Assembly (NCBI GenBank): GCA_051305855.1
Contig: JBPPMB010000044.1
Span: 4,686 to 68,685 of the forward strand
Direction of reading: 5' to 3'
From: Desulfuromonadales bacterium
GTDB taxonomy: Bacteria; Desulfobacterota; Desulfuromonadia; Desulfuromonadales; BM103
DNA length: 64,000 nucleotides
This document shows positions 1-8,200 of this stretch, one piece after another (positions within the stretch are counted from its first letter, which is position 1; each line of letters starts with the position of its first letter). The notes under the pieces are model-generated. The model ran no database searches. It was not told the DNA's origin and was given only the letters and a program-made list of their open reading frames with translations. The position numbers and the translations under genes are program-made.

Positions 1-27
1 AACTGGCCATGCTGCTATATGGCTGGC

Positions 28-270
28 TCATTCTAGCAGATATTCAAATCCTTCGATGTCGGTGAACTCCTCGACCCCCTCGGTTTTTATGGCTTCAAGC
101 CCTTCCCGGATGGCTTCATCAGCCGAGGGAAAGAACTCTATCCAATTTGAACTGACCCCCAATGTGTTAATCACTGAGAGCATCCACTCTCTCTCACCGA
201 TCCGAGTTGCAATAATCTCCAGTCTAACGCCGTCCATAACGACGGATTGTATCCGTTCCTCTTCATACAT
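28..270 (-). CDS. Hypothetical 80-aa acidic protein (cassette ORF)
   Basis: Intact ORF with GGAGGGG 5 nt upstream of the ATG. No motif recognised. Lies downstream of attC-like element 371-448. Confidence 0.45.
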   Translation of the reverse strand: MYEEERIQSVVMDGVRLEIIATRIGEREWMLSVINTLGVSSNWIEFFPSADEAIREGLEAIKTEGVEEFTDIEGFEYLLE

Positions 271-370
271 AAGTCCCCTCCGTGATGTGTTCGTGCCTCA
301 GTTAAACAATAAATGGCAAACATAATATGCAATCCAAAGAAAAACTGTATTTCCCGAAGGCTAACGATTC

Positions 371-448
371 CCATAACCAGCGGGCCACCCGAACTAGACC
401 GACAGGCCGCAAACGTTCTTCACGTCTGCGTTTATGGGCTGGTTATAT
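371..448 (-). repeat. attC-like junction element 3 (minus-strand reading: ATATAAC ... GTTATGG)
   Basis: Imperfect palindrome ATAACCAGC ... GCTGGTTAT (78 bp) starting 3 nt after the hydrolase stop. Its opening 7-mer is the exact complement of GTTATAT at 1354-1348. Confidence 0.6.
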
Positions 449-450
449 GT

Positions 451-1329
451 TCATATTATTTTTTTTGATTCTATGGCGTTAATTGCCTGTTTCAACAGTA
501 TATTAAACTCCTCGGGCTTTTCTAGCATTGGAAAGTGACCAGTTCCCTCAATATATAAAAGTTGATAATTTTTTATATGCTTTCTGTTTTCTTCAGGCGC
601 TGTCGGCCATAATCTAGCGTTTATTGAGACCACAGGCACAGTGATATTTTTAAATACTAAAGCGGCTTCTCCGGTTACATACTGGCCCATATAGTTACGA
701 AAGGCGTTCAAAGCAATCTCCTTTGGGGCAGAAGACATGTCTTCTTTTACCCAATTCACCAATTGTTGATTACTGCCTTCTGGAAACATTGGTGAAACAA
801 AATTCTGTGCGGCACTTTTAAAATCAGTTTCAAAAGGTTTTGTCACTTCGTCAATTACACTTTGAGGCGTGCGCTCTGCAACATTTTGCAAGGTATCAAC
901 TCCTACAATTCCAACTACTTTTCCCGGCATTAAACTGGCTGCTTCAGCAATTACACCTCCTCCCATTGAATGCCCAATCAAAATTGCTCTATCAATGTTT
1001 TCCTTCTCAATAATTGCCTTCACATCGTTAGCGAAAGACAACATTGAAAACTCGGATCTATCCAATGAAGAATGGCCATGACCAGCCAAATCAACTGTTA
1101 TTACTTGATACTCTCTTGCGAATACAGGAATTTGTTTCTGCCAATAACGTCCATCACAACTCCAACCATGAATAAAAATCAGCGCGGTTTTTCCTTTCCC
1201 GACCACATCATAGGCGATACGTTCGGAATCAAAAGACAATGCGACATCATGCCTGAGAGAAAGCTCGTTGCTCGCACATCCTGATAATAGAAGGAAAGGT
1301 ATTAATACAAATAATATCTGTTTTTTCAT
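451..1329 (-). CDS. Alpha/beta-fold hydrolase, predicted lipoprotein
   Basis: N-terminal signal with lipobox LLSGC. HGW oxyanion region and GHSMGG nucleophile elbow. C-terminal GTGHF histidine motif. Confidence 0.85.
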   Translation of the reverse strand: MKKQILFVLIPFLLLSGCASNELSLRHDVALSFDSERIAYDVVGKGKTALIFIHGWSCDGRYWQKQIPVFAREYQVITVDLAGHGHSSLDRSEFSMLSFANDVKAIIEKENIDRAILIGHSMGGGVIAEAASLMPGKVVGIVGVDTLQNVAERTPQSVIDEVTKPFETDFKSAAQNFVSPMFPEGSNQQLVNWVKEDMSSAPKEIALNAFRNYMGQYVTGEAALVFKNITVPVVSINARLWPTAPEENRKHIKNYQLLYIEGTGHFPMLEKPEEFNILLKQAINAIESKKII

Positions 1330-1347
1330 GTTTGTTCCTTGTTTGTC

Positions 1348-1451
1348 ATATAACGGTTTGGAGCTGAGCTGCGGGTCACCGGGCGTGGAGTAGCTGCGTA
1401 TCTTTCGAGAAGCAAGATCATCTTTCCGTCAGCTCTTGCGATTTGTTAGAG
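1348..1451 (-). repeat. attC-like junction element 2 (minus-strand reading: CTCTAAC ... GTTATAT)
   Basis: Begins inside the brnA 3' end. GAGCTGA / TCAGCTC inner inverted repeat. Shares the 18-mer TAACGGTTTGGAGCTGAG (plus strand 1351-1368) with element 1. Confidence 0.55.
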
Positions 1452-1683
1452 TCTGCTCCTGGGTATCGACGTAAGCATCGATCAATTGACGAATCATGCG
1501 CTGGTATTGTGTATGATGCTTGCCAGCTTCCGATTTGAAGAAATCGACGCTCTTTTTGCTGAGCGCGATGGTTACCTTCACAGACTCTTCGCGGAACGCC
1601 AATTCCTCGGGAGAGGGAAGGAAGTCTGAGATCACCCGAAATTCCCCGAGGGGCTCATCGGTGTATTGAATTTTCTTGCTCAT
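1429..1683 (-). CDS. brnA: BrnA-type antitoxin (ribbon-helix-helix)
   Basis: 84 aa. Overlaps the upstream DUF497 toxin gene by 29 nt. The C-terminal VKVTIALSKKSVDFFK segment is typical of BrnA. Confidence 0.8.
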   Translation of the reverse strand: MSKKIQYTDEPLGEFRVISDFLPSPEELAFREESVKVTIALSKKSVDFFKSEAGKHHTQYQRMIRQLIDAYVDTQEQTLTNRKS

Positions 1684-1945
1684 AAGTCAACTTTCCTTTT
1701 CGCCAGTATCCAGCCCCGATGATGCGAATGACGTGCTCGCGGTAGGTAAATCGTACCGTGAGGATGCCGCCACCCACTTTGCCGAAACAGTAGTAGCGCT
1801 GTTCCTGGTCGCTGTGGGTCACGTCTTCGGCGATGACGCGGTGCGGGTCGGCAAAAGCATGTTGGGCCTCGGAAAACGTAACGCCGTGCTTCTGCTGATT
1901 GTCTAAGTCTTTTTTCTGATCCCACTCGAAGCGCGTCATGGTCAT
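1655..1945 (-). CDS. brnT: BrnT-type toxin (DUF497)
   Basis: FEWDxxKxxxNxxKHGVxFxEA N-terminus and ...RIISARxA-like IRIIGAGYWRKG C-terminus. Toxin-first operon order, as in brnTA. Confidence 0.85.
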   Translation of the reverse strand: MTMTRFEWDQKKDLDNQQKHGVTFSEAQHAFADPHRVIAEDVTHSDQEQRYYCFGKVGGGILTVRFTYREHVIRIIGAGYWRKGKLTYEQENSIHR

Positions 1946-1964
1946 GGCAACATTCTATCACAAG

Positions 1965-2006
1965 ATGGCTATAAAGCCATATTATTATATGGCTCAAGGT
2001 ATGGCT
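1965..2006 (-). promoter_or_regulatory. Candidate brnTA operator: ATGGCT hexamer repeats
   Basis: ATGGCT(1965) ataa AGCCAT(1975) ... ATGGCT(1989) ... ATGGCT(2001), 20-60 nt upstream of the brnT start. One inverted pair plus two direct copies. Confidence 0.35.
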
Positions 2007-2017
2007 TTCTTTTGTGG

Positions 2018-2123
2018 CTCTAACGGTTTGGAGCTGAGACGCGCAGTAGCTACCTCTCAGCATGTAGAATTCCTACGCGAGCAACCCCTGATTCACGTGT
2101 CGCTCTCGGGCGAGTGGTTAGCC
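2018..2123 (-). repeat. attC-like junction element 1 (minus-strand reading: GGCTAAC ... GTTAGAG)
   Basis: Begins inside the parE 3' end. Its closing 7-mer is the exact complement of the opening 7-mer of element 2, and its opening 7-mer is the exact complement of the closing 7-mer of element 0. Confidence 0.55.
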
Positions 2124-2416
2124 GTGTCCTCTTCTGGATGATCTGGTATTTGTGCGTCATGCCAAGTAGCCACAATCCATATTACATTATCTTTAACTCT
2201 GTAGAAAAAGCGGTATGGGGCAACAATGACTTCACGATAAAGGTTCCCGGGAAATTCAGGAAGTGTTCGACCGGACGCTGGTTGATCTTTGAGTCTTAGT
2301 AGTACCTTCTCGGCTTTATGCCGGAATGAAACTGCGGCGGATGGATTGTCGCGGCGAATATAGGCGAGGGCACGCATAAACTGATCGCGTGCAGATGGAG
2401 TAAAAACTATCTTCAT
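2093..2416 (-). CDS. parE: ParE/RelE-family type II toxin
   Basis: 107 aa. PSARDQFxxALAYIRRDNP ... REVIVAPYRFFYRV ... IWIVATWH pattern typical of ParE. 4-nt overlap with the upstream antitoxin gene. Confidence 0.85.
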   Translation of the reverse strand: MKIVFTPSARDQFMRALAYIRRDNPSAAVSFRHKAEKVLLRLKDQPASGRTLPEFPGNLYREVIVAPYRFFYRVKDNVIWIVATWHDAQIPDHPEEDTANHSPESDT

Positions 2417-2691
2417 CGTTGCCCTGTCAGAAAGGCGTCAGCCTCGGCCAGAACGTTTTCAAGGTCAAAGCCTATGCCAGCCTCGATCTCCTTCTCGCCA
2501 TGAGCAAGTAATCGCAGGATTTCCAATTCGTGCTGAGTGTGCTCGTAATCTTTCATGCTGACCATTACCGCAGTTGCTCGTCCGCGTTGCGTAATAAACA
2601 GAGGTTCGTGAGATGCCGCCACGCTTTTAATAATGCCACTTGCATTTTGACGGAGATCGGAGATGGGAATGATCTTGGGTGATTTATTCAT
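2413..2691 (-). CDS. phd: Phd/YefM-family antitoxin
   Basis: 92 aa. N-terminal ISDLRQNASGIIKSV ... EPLFITQRGRATAVMVSMKDYE is the Phd/YefM fold signature. Confidence 0.85.
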   Translation of the reverse strand: MNKSPKIIPISDLRQNASGIIKSVAASHEPLFITQRGRATAVMVSMKDYEHTQHELEILRLLAHGEKEIEAGIGFDLENVLAEADAFLTGQR

Positions 2692-2754
2692 TAGTTGTAC
2701 CTCCTATGGTTCTTCCAAGGGTACCATTAGGAGTAAGGTGTGGCAATGGTTTTC

Positions 2755-2808
2755 GGCTAACATGTGATTCTACATGCGAGCACGCTTGATATCGCAACGC
2801 AGTTAGCG
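2755..2808 (-). repeat. attC-like junction element 0 (minus-strand reading: CGCTAAC ... GTTAGCC)
   Basis: 54-bp element bounded by the inverted GCTAAC / GTTAGC. Shares a roughly 25-nt segment (CATGTGATTCTACATGCGAGCA) with element 1. No ORF lies between it and the intI remnant. Confidence 0.45.
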
Positions 2809-3040
2809 GTTTAAGTTGTTGTATGTAAATGCACAAAATGCCGTGCAAACTGACAGCCTGAAAACAAAAATATCCAGAACAAAACCCGAGTGGAGCGTAT
2901 CGGTTTGCGCTGGACGATTGTCACTATTTCCCCCTCAGCGTGCTGTTAACATCTATAGATGACAGTACTTTCTGATTCCGGTATCTTAGTTACATTTAAT
3001 GCCTTTGGCAATGTTATTGATTCACTCCCTGGAAGGGACC

Positions 3041-3225
3041 ATGCAGAAACCACGTCTGCTGTATCTGAAGCGCGAATCGTGCCGGGTCCATCATGACAGC
3101 CCACGCACAGAAAAAACTACATTCAATGGATTAAGCGCTACATCTACTTACATGACAAGCGCCATCCGCCCGAGATGGACAAGGTCGAGTTCGAAGCGTA
3201 CCTGTCCTGACTGGCGGAGCATCGC
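3041..3225 (+). pseudogene. intI: Remnant of an integron-integrase-type tyrosine recombinase (N-terminal SAM-like domain only)
   Basis: Frame 1 reads MQKPRLLYLKRESCRVHHDSPRTEKT. After a 1-nt frame slip near 3116-3118 the next frame reads YIQWIKRYIYLHDKRHPPEMDKVEFEAYLS, then TGA (3208-3210) where IntI proteins have Trp, then LAEHR. This matches the IntI N-terminal pattern HYSxRTExxYxxWIxRFIxFHxxRHPxxMGxxEVxxFLSWLA. No catalytic domain follows, because the next gene starts at 3326. Confidence 0.6.
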
Positions 3226-3325
3226 ATCATGAGGTCGCCACGGTTTTCTTGACCCACAAACGAGAGCAGGTATTATTCTTAACAGTCCCTCAGACCTGCC
3301 ACCCCACTCTGAAAAGGATCGCCAC

Positions 3326-4507
3326 ATGCATATACGCTCTTTCAATCCCCCCGTCCGCACCCTGATGGGCCCCGGCCCCTCCGATGTCCATCCACGGGTT
3401 CTCGAAGCACTCTCCCGGCCGACCATCGGCCATCTGGACCCGGCCTTCATCACCATGATGGACGAGCTGAAGGAACTGCTGCAGTACACTTTCCAGACCA
3501 GAAACGCCCTGACCATGCCGGTCTCAGCTCCCGGCTCGGCGGGCATGGAGACCTGCTTCGTCAACATGGTGGAGCCGGGCGACAAGGTGATCATCTGCCA
3601 GAATGGTGTTTTTGGCGGCCGCATGAAAGAGAATGTCGAGCGCTGCGGTGGTGTCGCAGTAGTGGTGGAGGATGCCTGGGGCGAAGCCATCGATATCAAC
3701 AAGCTTGAAGAGGCGTTGAAGGTTCATGGCGACGCCAAAATCGTAGCCATGGTGCATGCCGAAACCTCCACCGGGGCACAATCGAACGTGGCGGCCCTGG
3801 TCAAGCTGGCCCATGATTATGACTGCCTGACCATCGTCGATGCGGTGACTTCCCTGGGCGGCACGCCGGTCAAGGTCGATGAATGGCAAATCGACGCCAT
3901 CTACTCCGGCTCGCAGAAATGCCTCTCCTGCACCCCCGGCCTCTCACCGGTGAGCTTCAACGAGCGTGCCCTGGAGAAAGTCCGCAACCGTAAGACCAGG
4001 GTGCAGAGCTGGTTCATGGACCTGAACCTGGTCATGGGCTACTGGGGATCCGGCGCCAAACGTGCCTACCATCACACCGCTCCCATCAACGCCCTTTATG
4101 CGCTTCACGAGGCCTTGCTGATCCTGCAGGAAGAAGGTCTGGAACATGCCTGGGCCCGTCACCGGAAGAATCATTTGGCGCTCAGGGCGGGGCTGGAGGC
4201 GCTGGGACTGCAGTTCATCGTCAAGGAGGCCGACCGTCTGCCACAGCTGAACGCCGTCACCATCCCTGCGGGTGTTGATGATGCCGCCGTGCGCAGCCGC
4301 CTGCTCAACGAATACAACCTGGAGATCGGTGCCGGTCTTGGCGCCCTGGCCGGCAAAGTCTGGCGCATCGGTCTCATGGGGCATGCCAGCCGCGCCGAAA
4401 ACATTCTACTCTGTATTGGCGCTCTCGAATCGGTGCTGGGGAATATGGGCGCCAACATCAACCTTGGCGTCGCCCTGCCGGCCATGCAGCAAGTACTCAA
4501 TAACTGA
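3326..4507 (+). CDS. Class V pyridoxal-phosphate aminotransferase (alanine-glyoxylate / serine-pyruvate type)
   Basis: 393 aa. LMGPGPSDVHPRVLEA N-terminus and SGSQKCL PLP-lysine motif. Confidence 0.85.
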   Translation: MHIRSFNPPVRTLMGPGPSDVHPRVLEALSRPTIGHLDPAFITMMDELKELLQYTFQTRNALTMPVSAPGSAGMETCFVNMVEPGDKVIICQNGVFGGRMKENVERCGGVAVVVEDAWGEAIDINKLEEALKVHGDAKIVAMVHAETSTGAQSNVAALVKLAHDYDCLTIVDAVTSLGGTPVKVDEWQIDAIYSGSQKCLSCTPGLSPVSFNERALEKVRNRKTRVQSWFMDLNLVMGYWGSGAKRAYHHTAPINALYALHEALLILQEEGLEHAWARHRKNHLALRAGLEALGLQFIVKEADRLPQLNAVTIPAGVDDAAVRSRLLNEYNLEIGAGLGALAGKVWRIGLMGHASRAENILLCIGALESVLGNMGANINLGVALPAMQQVLNN

Positions 4508-4530
4508 CAAGGAGTTGGGTCCTTAGCCAC

Positions 4531-4568
4531 ACAAAACCGCAGCACGATCATCGTGCTGCGGTTTTTTA
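4531..4568. terminator. Bidirectional intrinsic terminator
   Basis: Perfect 11-bp stem CCGCAGCACGA / TCGTGCTGCGG (4537-4561) with a 3-nt loop. TTTTTT follows on the plus strand and an A-run on the other side gives a U-run on the minus strand. It lies between convergent genes. Confidence 0.8.
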
Positions 4569-4596
4569 TGCTCTTAACTCTTCGGGTTTTTATTGT

Positions 4597-5166
4597 TCAC
4601 TTGCGCTTCCAGCTGCCGTCGTCTCCCTGCAAATACCAGCCTTTGTGGGCCTTTTCGCGCCAGGACGCTGCAAAAATAGTCTGGATTTCGTCAACCTTGT
4701 CGGGGAAATCATTGGCCGTGGCGATCTCCTTGTATAGTCGCAGTCGATCCTGGTTCTCGACCTTGATCAATCGGCTGAGCTCGGCCTTCTCCTTCATGCC
4801 AAGCCCTTCGGCGGTGCGGATTTCGAGCAGTCCGTTGCGGGTGATACCGACTTGTCCGGAGTCGAGGAAGGGTGTCAGCTGCTCGAAGCGCGCCGTCATG
4901 TCTGCTTTGATGGCACGGATTTCCGGGGTGGACACATCGAGGTCCTGAGCGGCATGGGCAACTGTCGGCGTGAACATCCGGTAGAAGCTGCTCCCGGGTT
5001 GAGCGGACGGCGTGTCAGCGGGTTTAGCTTTCTCACCATAGACCTCGTCGACAATGCGGTCGGCAACGCCGCGGATCTCCTCGGCAGGGAAATAGATATT
5101 GATGGTCACGCAGGAGATCACCGCGCCAATCGCCAGCAGTCCAAATCCTCGGATGAGACGTTTCAT
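4597..5166 (-). CDS. ydbL: YdbL-like periplasmic protein (DUF1318)
   Basis: N-terminal hydrophobic signal. C-terminal ENQDRLRLYKEIAxAN motif typical of DUF1318. Sits immediately downstream of a YdbH-like gene. Confidence 0.7.
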   Translation of the reverse strand: MKRLIRGFGLLAIGAVISCVTINIYFPAEEIRGVADRIVDEVYGEKAKPADTPSAQPGSSFYRMFTPTVAHAAQDLDVSTPEIRAIKADMTARFEQLTPFLDSGQVGITRNGLLEIRTAEGLGMKEKAELSRLIKVENQDRLRLYKEIATANDFPDKVDEIQTIFAASWREKAHKGWYLQGDDGSWKRK

Positions 5167-5284
5167 TTAATACCTCCGGTAAGAGTGTGCTTGGGTCATG
5201 TCTATTCGCAAGATCCGCATGGACACGATGTCGTTTTTATCAGGAACACTATATCACGTGACTATACAAGATACGTGTTTAATA

Positions 5285-8200
5285 TCAATTATCAGCACGC
5301 TCGATGCGCTTGAGACGACTCATCATTTCCTTGAATGAAATTGTCGGCGAGGAAACAATCACATCGATTCGCGGCGGCAACAGGCCACCGTAAACCAGAT
5401 GATGTTCTGAACCCTCACGAGCGGTCCCTTGAAGATGGAAGAGGTCATTCTGCAGCCAGCAGACGATGCCGATCTTGCGGTAACGATAGAAATCAATGAA
5501 CTGATAAATCCCCTGGGAAAGGGCTGCCGACAGGCCTCCCATGCTGAGTGTGTTGAGATTGCGGATCGCCTTGACGCTGATATTGCGGGTACCTTCTGAA
5601 CGTGTCTCAAATTTCGCGCGAAAGGCTGATGGGGTGCCGTCAAACAAGCGCAAACCATGGATATAACCGTCGGCAATGCCATTGATTTCACCAAATTCAA
5701 AGGTATTGGTCAGCTGGTAAAGGTCGATACCGCTGAAATCGACATCGGCATGATAAGTCGGAAAACGCGAGAAAGGCGACTCCACACGTATATTGTTGAT
5801 CGAGAAGTCGCCACCGAAGACGTGCATTGATGCGTCACCGATGGTGCTGATTTCGTCTCCGGCGATACGAACTTCTTCCAGGCTGGCATTCAACCGACCG
5901 CCCATTTCCGGCCAGTCTAGGCTCCTGGAAATTTGCAGCAACTCAACATCCTGCACTGCGAGCGATGCCCGCAGTTGTGGCACCAGGTTTGGCAGATCAA
6001 GTTGCAGGTCAGTCAAACTCAGCTCGCCGCCGGCGACGGTCAGCTTGAGCGGCAGCTGCAGCCGCCAGCGGTTGGCGGACGCCTGCAGCTGCATCCTGCC
6101 AGGCCCGGAATTGAGCAAACCAGCCTGTAAACGGGTCCACTGCAGGTTTGCAGTTTCAGCCAACGCGTCTGTGGCCGAAGCACCTTGCCGCAGGTGAACC
6201 GGCAGGCGCCCGTGCAACCCGTCAACCCGGATATCCTGGCCCCGGGCGATGGTCACATCAGTCGGCGTGATGACCAGGTCGAGGCCCCAGCTTCCCTCTC
6301 GCTGGCGGGCGGCACCCTCAAGCATCAGCCGACCGCTCAGCGAGGCCTGATCGATACCCGGCAGCAGCTCACCGGCCAAGGCCTGGAGCGTCTTCTGGAA
6401 AGCTCCTTGCATCTCTGCAACTTCGGCCTGCCCACTCAGGCTTGTCTCGCCTTCAACATAGACTGCGGAGAAGCGCCCGCTGACCAGGCCGGCCAGGTCG
6501 ACATCAGCGGCGCTCAGCTCCAGGCGCTGCCGATCGCCCAACCAGTTCCCCTTGACGACAAAGTTGACAGGCAACCCTTCCAGGCTGCCATACCAGCTAT
6601 CCACAAGAGCCTCGCCGGCACCGGCCTGCCCGGACAGATCAAAATGAATACGTTCACCGGTCAGTTCGAGGCGACCGCTCAGGTCAAGTTTGCCGCCAAC
6701 CAGCCCGGCCATGCCGTCTTCAGCCTGATAGTCAAATTTGTCCAGCGTTACGGCTTCAAGCATGATCGCCAGGTCCATGCCGGGGGCAGTCTGCAATGCG
6801 AGTCGGCCATGCAGACGTCCGGAGAAGCCCGTACCGGTCAATTTGCCGGAAAGGTCTATCCCCGGCAGACTCAGGCGTTCATTCTGAAAGCGCAGCTTGC
6901 CTTGCAGTGACAGCTCCTGCAGCTCGGGCTGGCCAGCGGGCAAAGGATAGCCGCTGCTAAGTGCCAACCGGGTCACATCGGCCACCTGCAGCGACCAATT
7001 CCCCTGCCAGTCGGATTCGGCCGGAGTCCCCGCCAGAGACAGCGTTGCCTCAGCCAGCGGGGTCTTGCCATCCCGGGAGGTGAGGGTCAGGCGGTCGCAG
7101 GCAAGCGTCAGACGTCGGTCACGCCACTCGCTGTGCATATCACCCGCCAAAGTGCCGAGTTTACCAAGGTTGCTCACCAGTCCAGCCTTGCTGATCCGGG
7201 CTGAGTTCCGGTCAGCCTCGATCAGACCCTGCATCTTCAGATCGCTTGGCACGGGTGCTGCTGTCGGCATGGCCATGCCGATACTTTGCAAGAATTCGAC
7301 AGGACTCTCCGCCGCCACACTCCAGCTGCCGTTCAGCTTCTGCTCGGCCCAGGCGCCGGTCAGGGCAAAGCTTGTGTCGCCGGCCAGGCCGATCGTAGCA
7401 GCCAGTTCCAGACTATCCGGATCGCCCTGCAGCTCCAGAGTCATGCTCAGCCACGGCCAATGCTGACCGGCCGTCTGCAGAGAACCGGCACCGCTCTGCA
7501 GCTTGGCCTCAAGACCTCCGTCGCGAAGGCGGAATTCAAGGGCAGGCGCCGTCACCTGCCAGTGCAGATCTGCCGGCCATGGAGCCGGTTCACCGAGTGC
7601 GGCAAGCAGTTCGCCAACTTCTGTGTCATCGAGTTGCTTCAGGCCCAGTGTCGCACCGAGCGCAGTATCAACTCCCGGCTCGACCGACACCGGCTGGGCC
7701 AGCAGGTTCTTCTCATCCCAGGAGAGTTCCTCAAGAGTCAATGCGAGGCCGTCTTGCCAGCGGGCGTTGCCGACCAGGCTGGCCGGCACACCGGGAGCAA
7801 CGCCGATGTTGGCTGTCATGGCAAACGGAAACTGACGACCCAGGCCACCCTCGGCAGCCAGTTGGTCTAACAGCAGTTTACGCTCGCCCCAGCTCAGCTC
7901 GACACGGCCATTTTCGAGACGCCAGGAATCGATTGACAGTGGTGCATCCTGTGGCCAGGTTGCCGGTTCGGCCGCCGTTTCTTGCGCAGCGGCCATCCAG
8001 ATCAGCTGCGGATCGTGGATCACCAGTTCGCTGATCCGGCGCTGCAGCAGCCCGGACCAGGCAAACTGCACGTCGATGGCTGCCACTTCGAGCCTGAGTT
8101 CTCCCGGTCGGATAAGGGTCAGGCCGATCAGGTGCAAGCTGCCATCGGCATAGGCCAGTTTCTCGAGTTCCACCTCGGCATCGAGTTCGACCGCTGCCCG

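Larger units (their letters stand above)
1..3225 (-). mobile_element. Degenerate chromosomal integron: cassette array (runs off the window start) plus decayed intI remnant
   Basis: Four short junction elements (371-448, 1348-1451, 2018-2123, 2755-2808) separate four co-oriented minus-strand gene modules. Their outer 7-mers resemble attC cores (xxxTAAC ... GTTAxxx). Each module is flanked by exactly complementary 7-mers. A divergent intI-like N-terminal fragment lies at 3041-3225. Confidence 0.65.

Noticed and set aside
371-2808. Alternative reading of the attC-like elements in plus-strand orientation (cassettes pointing toward intI)
   Set aside because: The complementary 7-mer logic works in either orientation, because the matching pairs flank each gene module. 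I chose the minus orientation because the ORFs are then followed by their attC and the array is divergent from the intI remnant, as in canonical integrons. This is not proven.
2944-2950. GTTAAC as the attI crossover core
   Set aside because: Only 5 of 7 positions match the expected partner of element 0 (GTTAGCG), and there are no recognisable IntI-binding direct repeats. Too weak to annotate.
5167-5284. Hidden ynbE-like small lipoprotein gene between ydbH and ydbL
   Set aside because: The gap can hold at most about 39 codons. The only ATG frame there (17 codons) has no signal peptide or lipobox.
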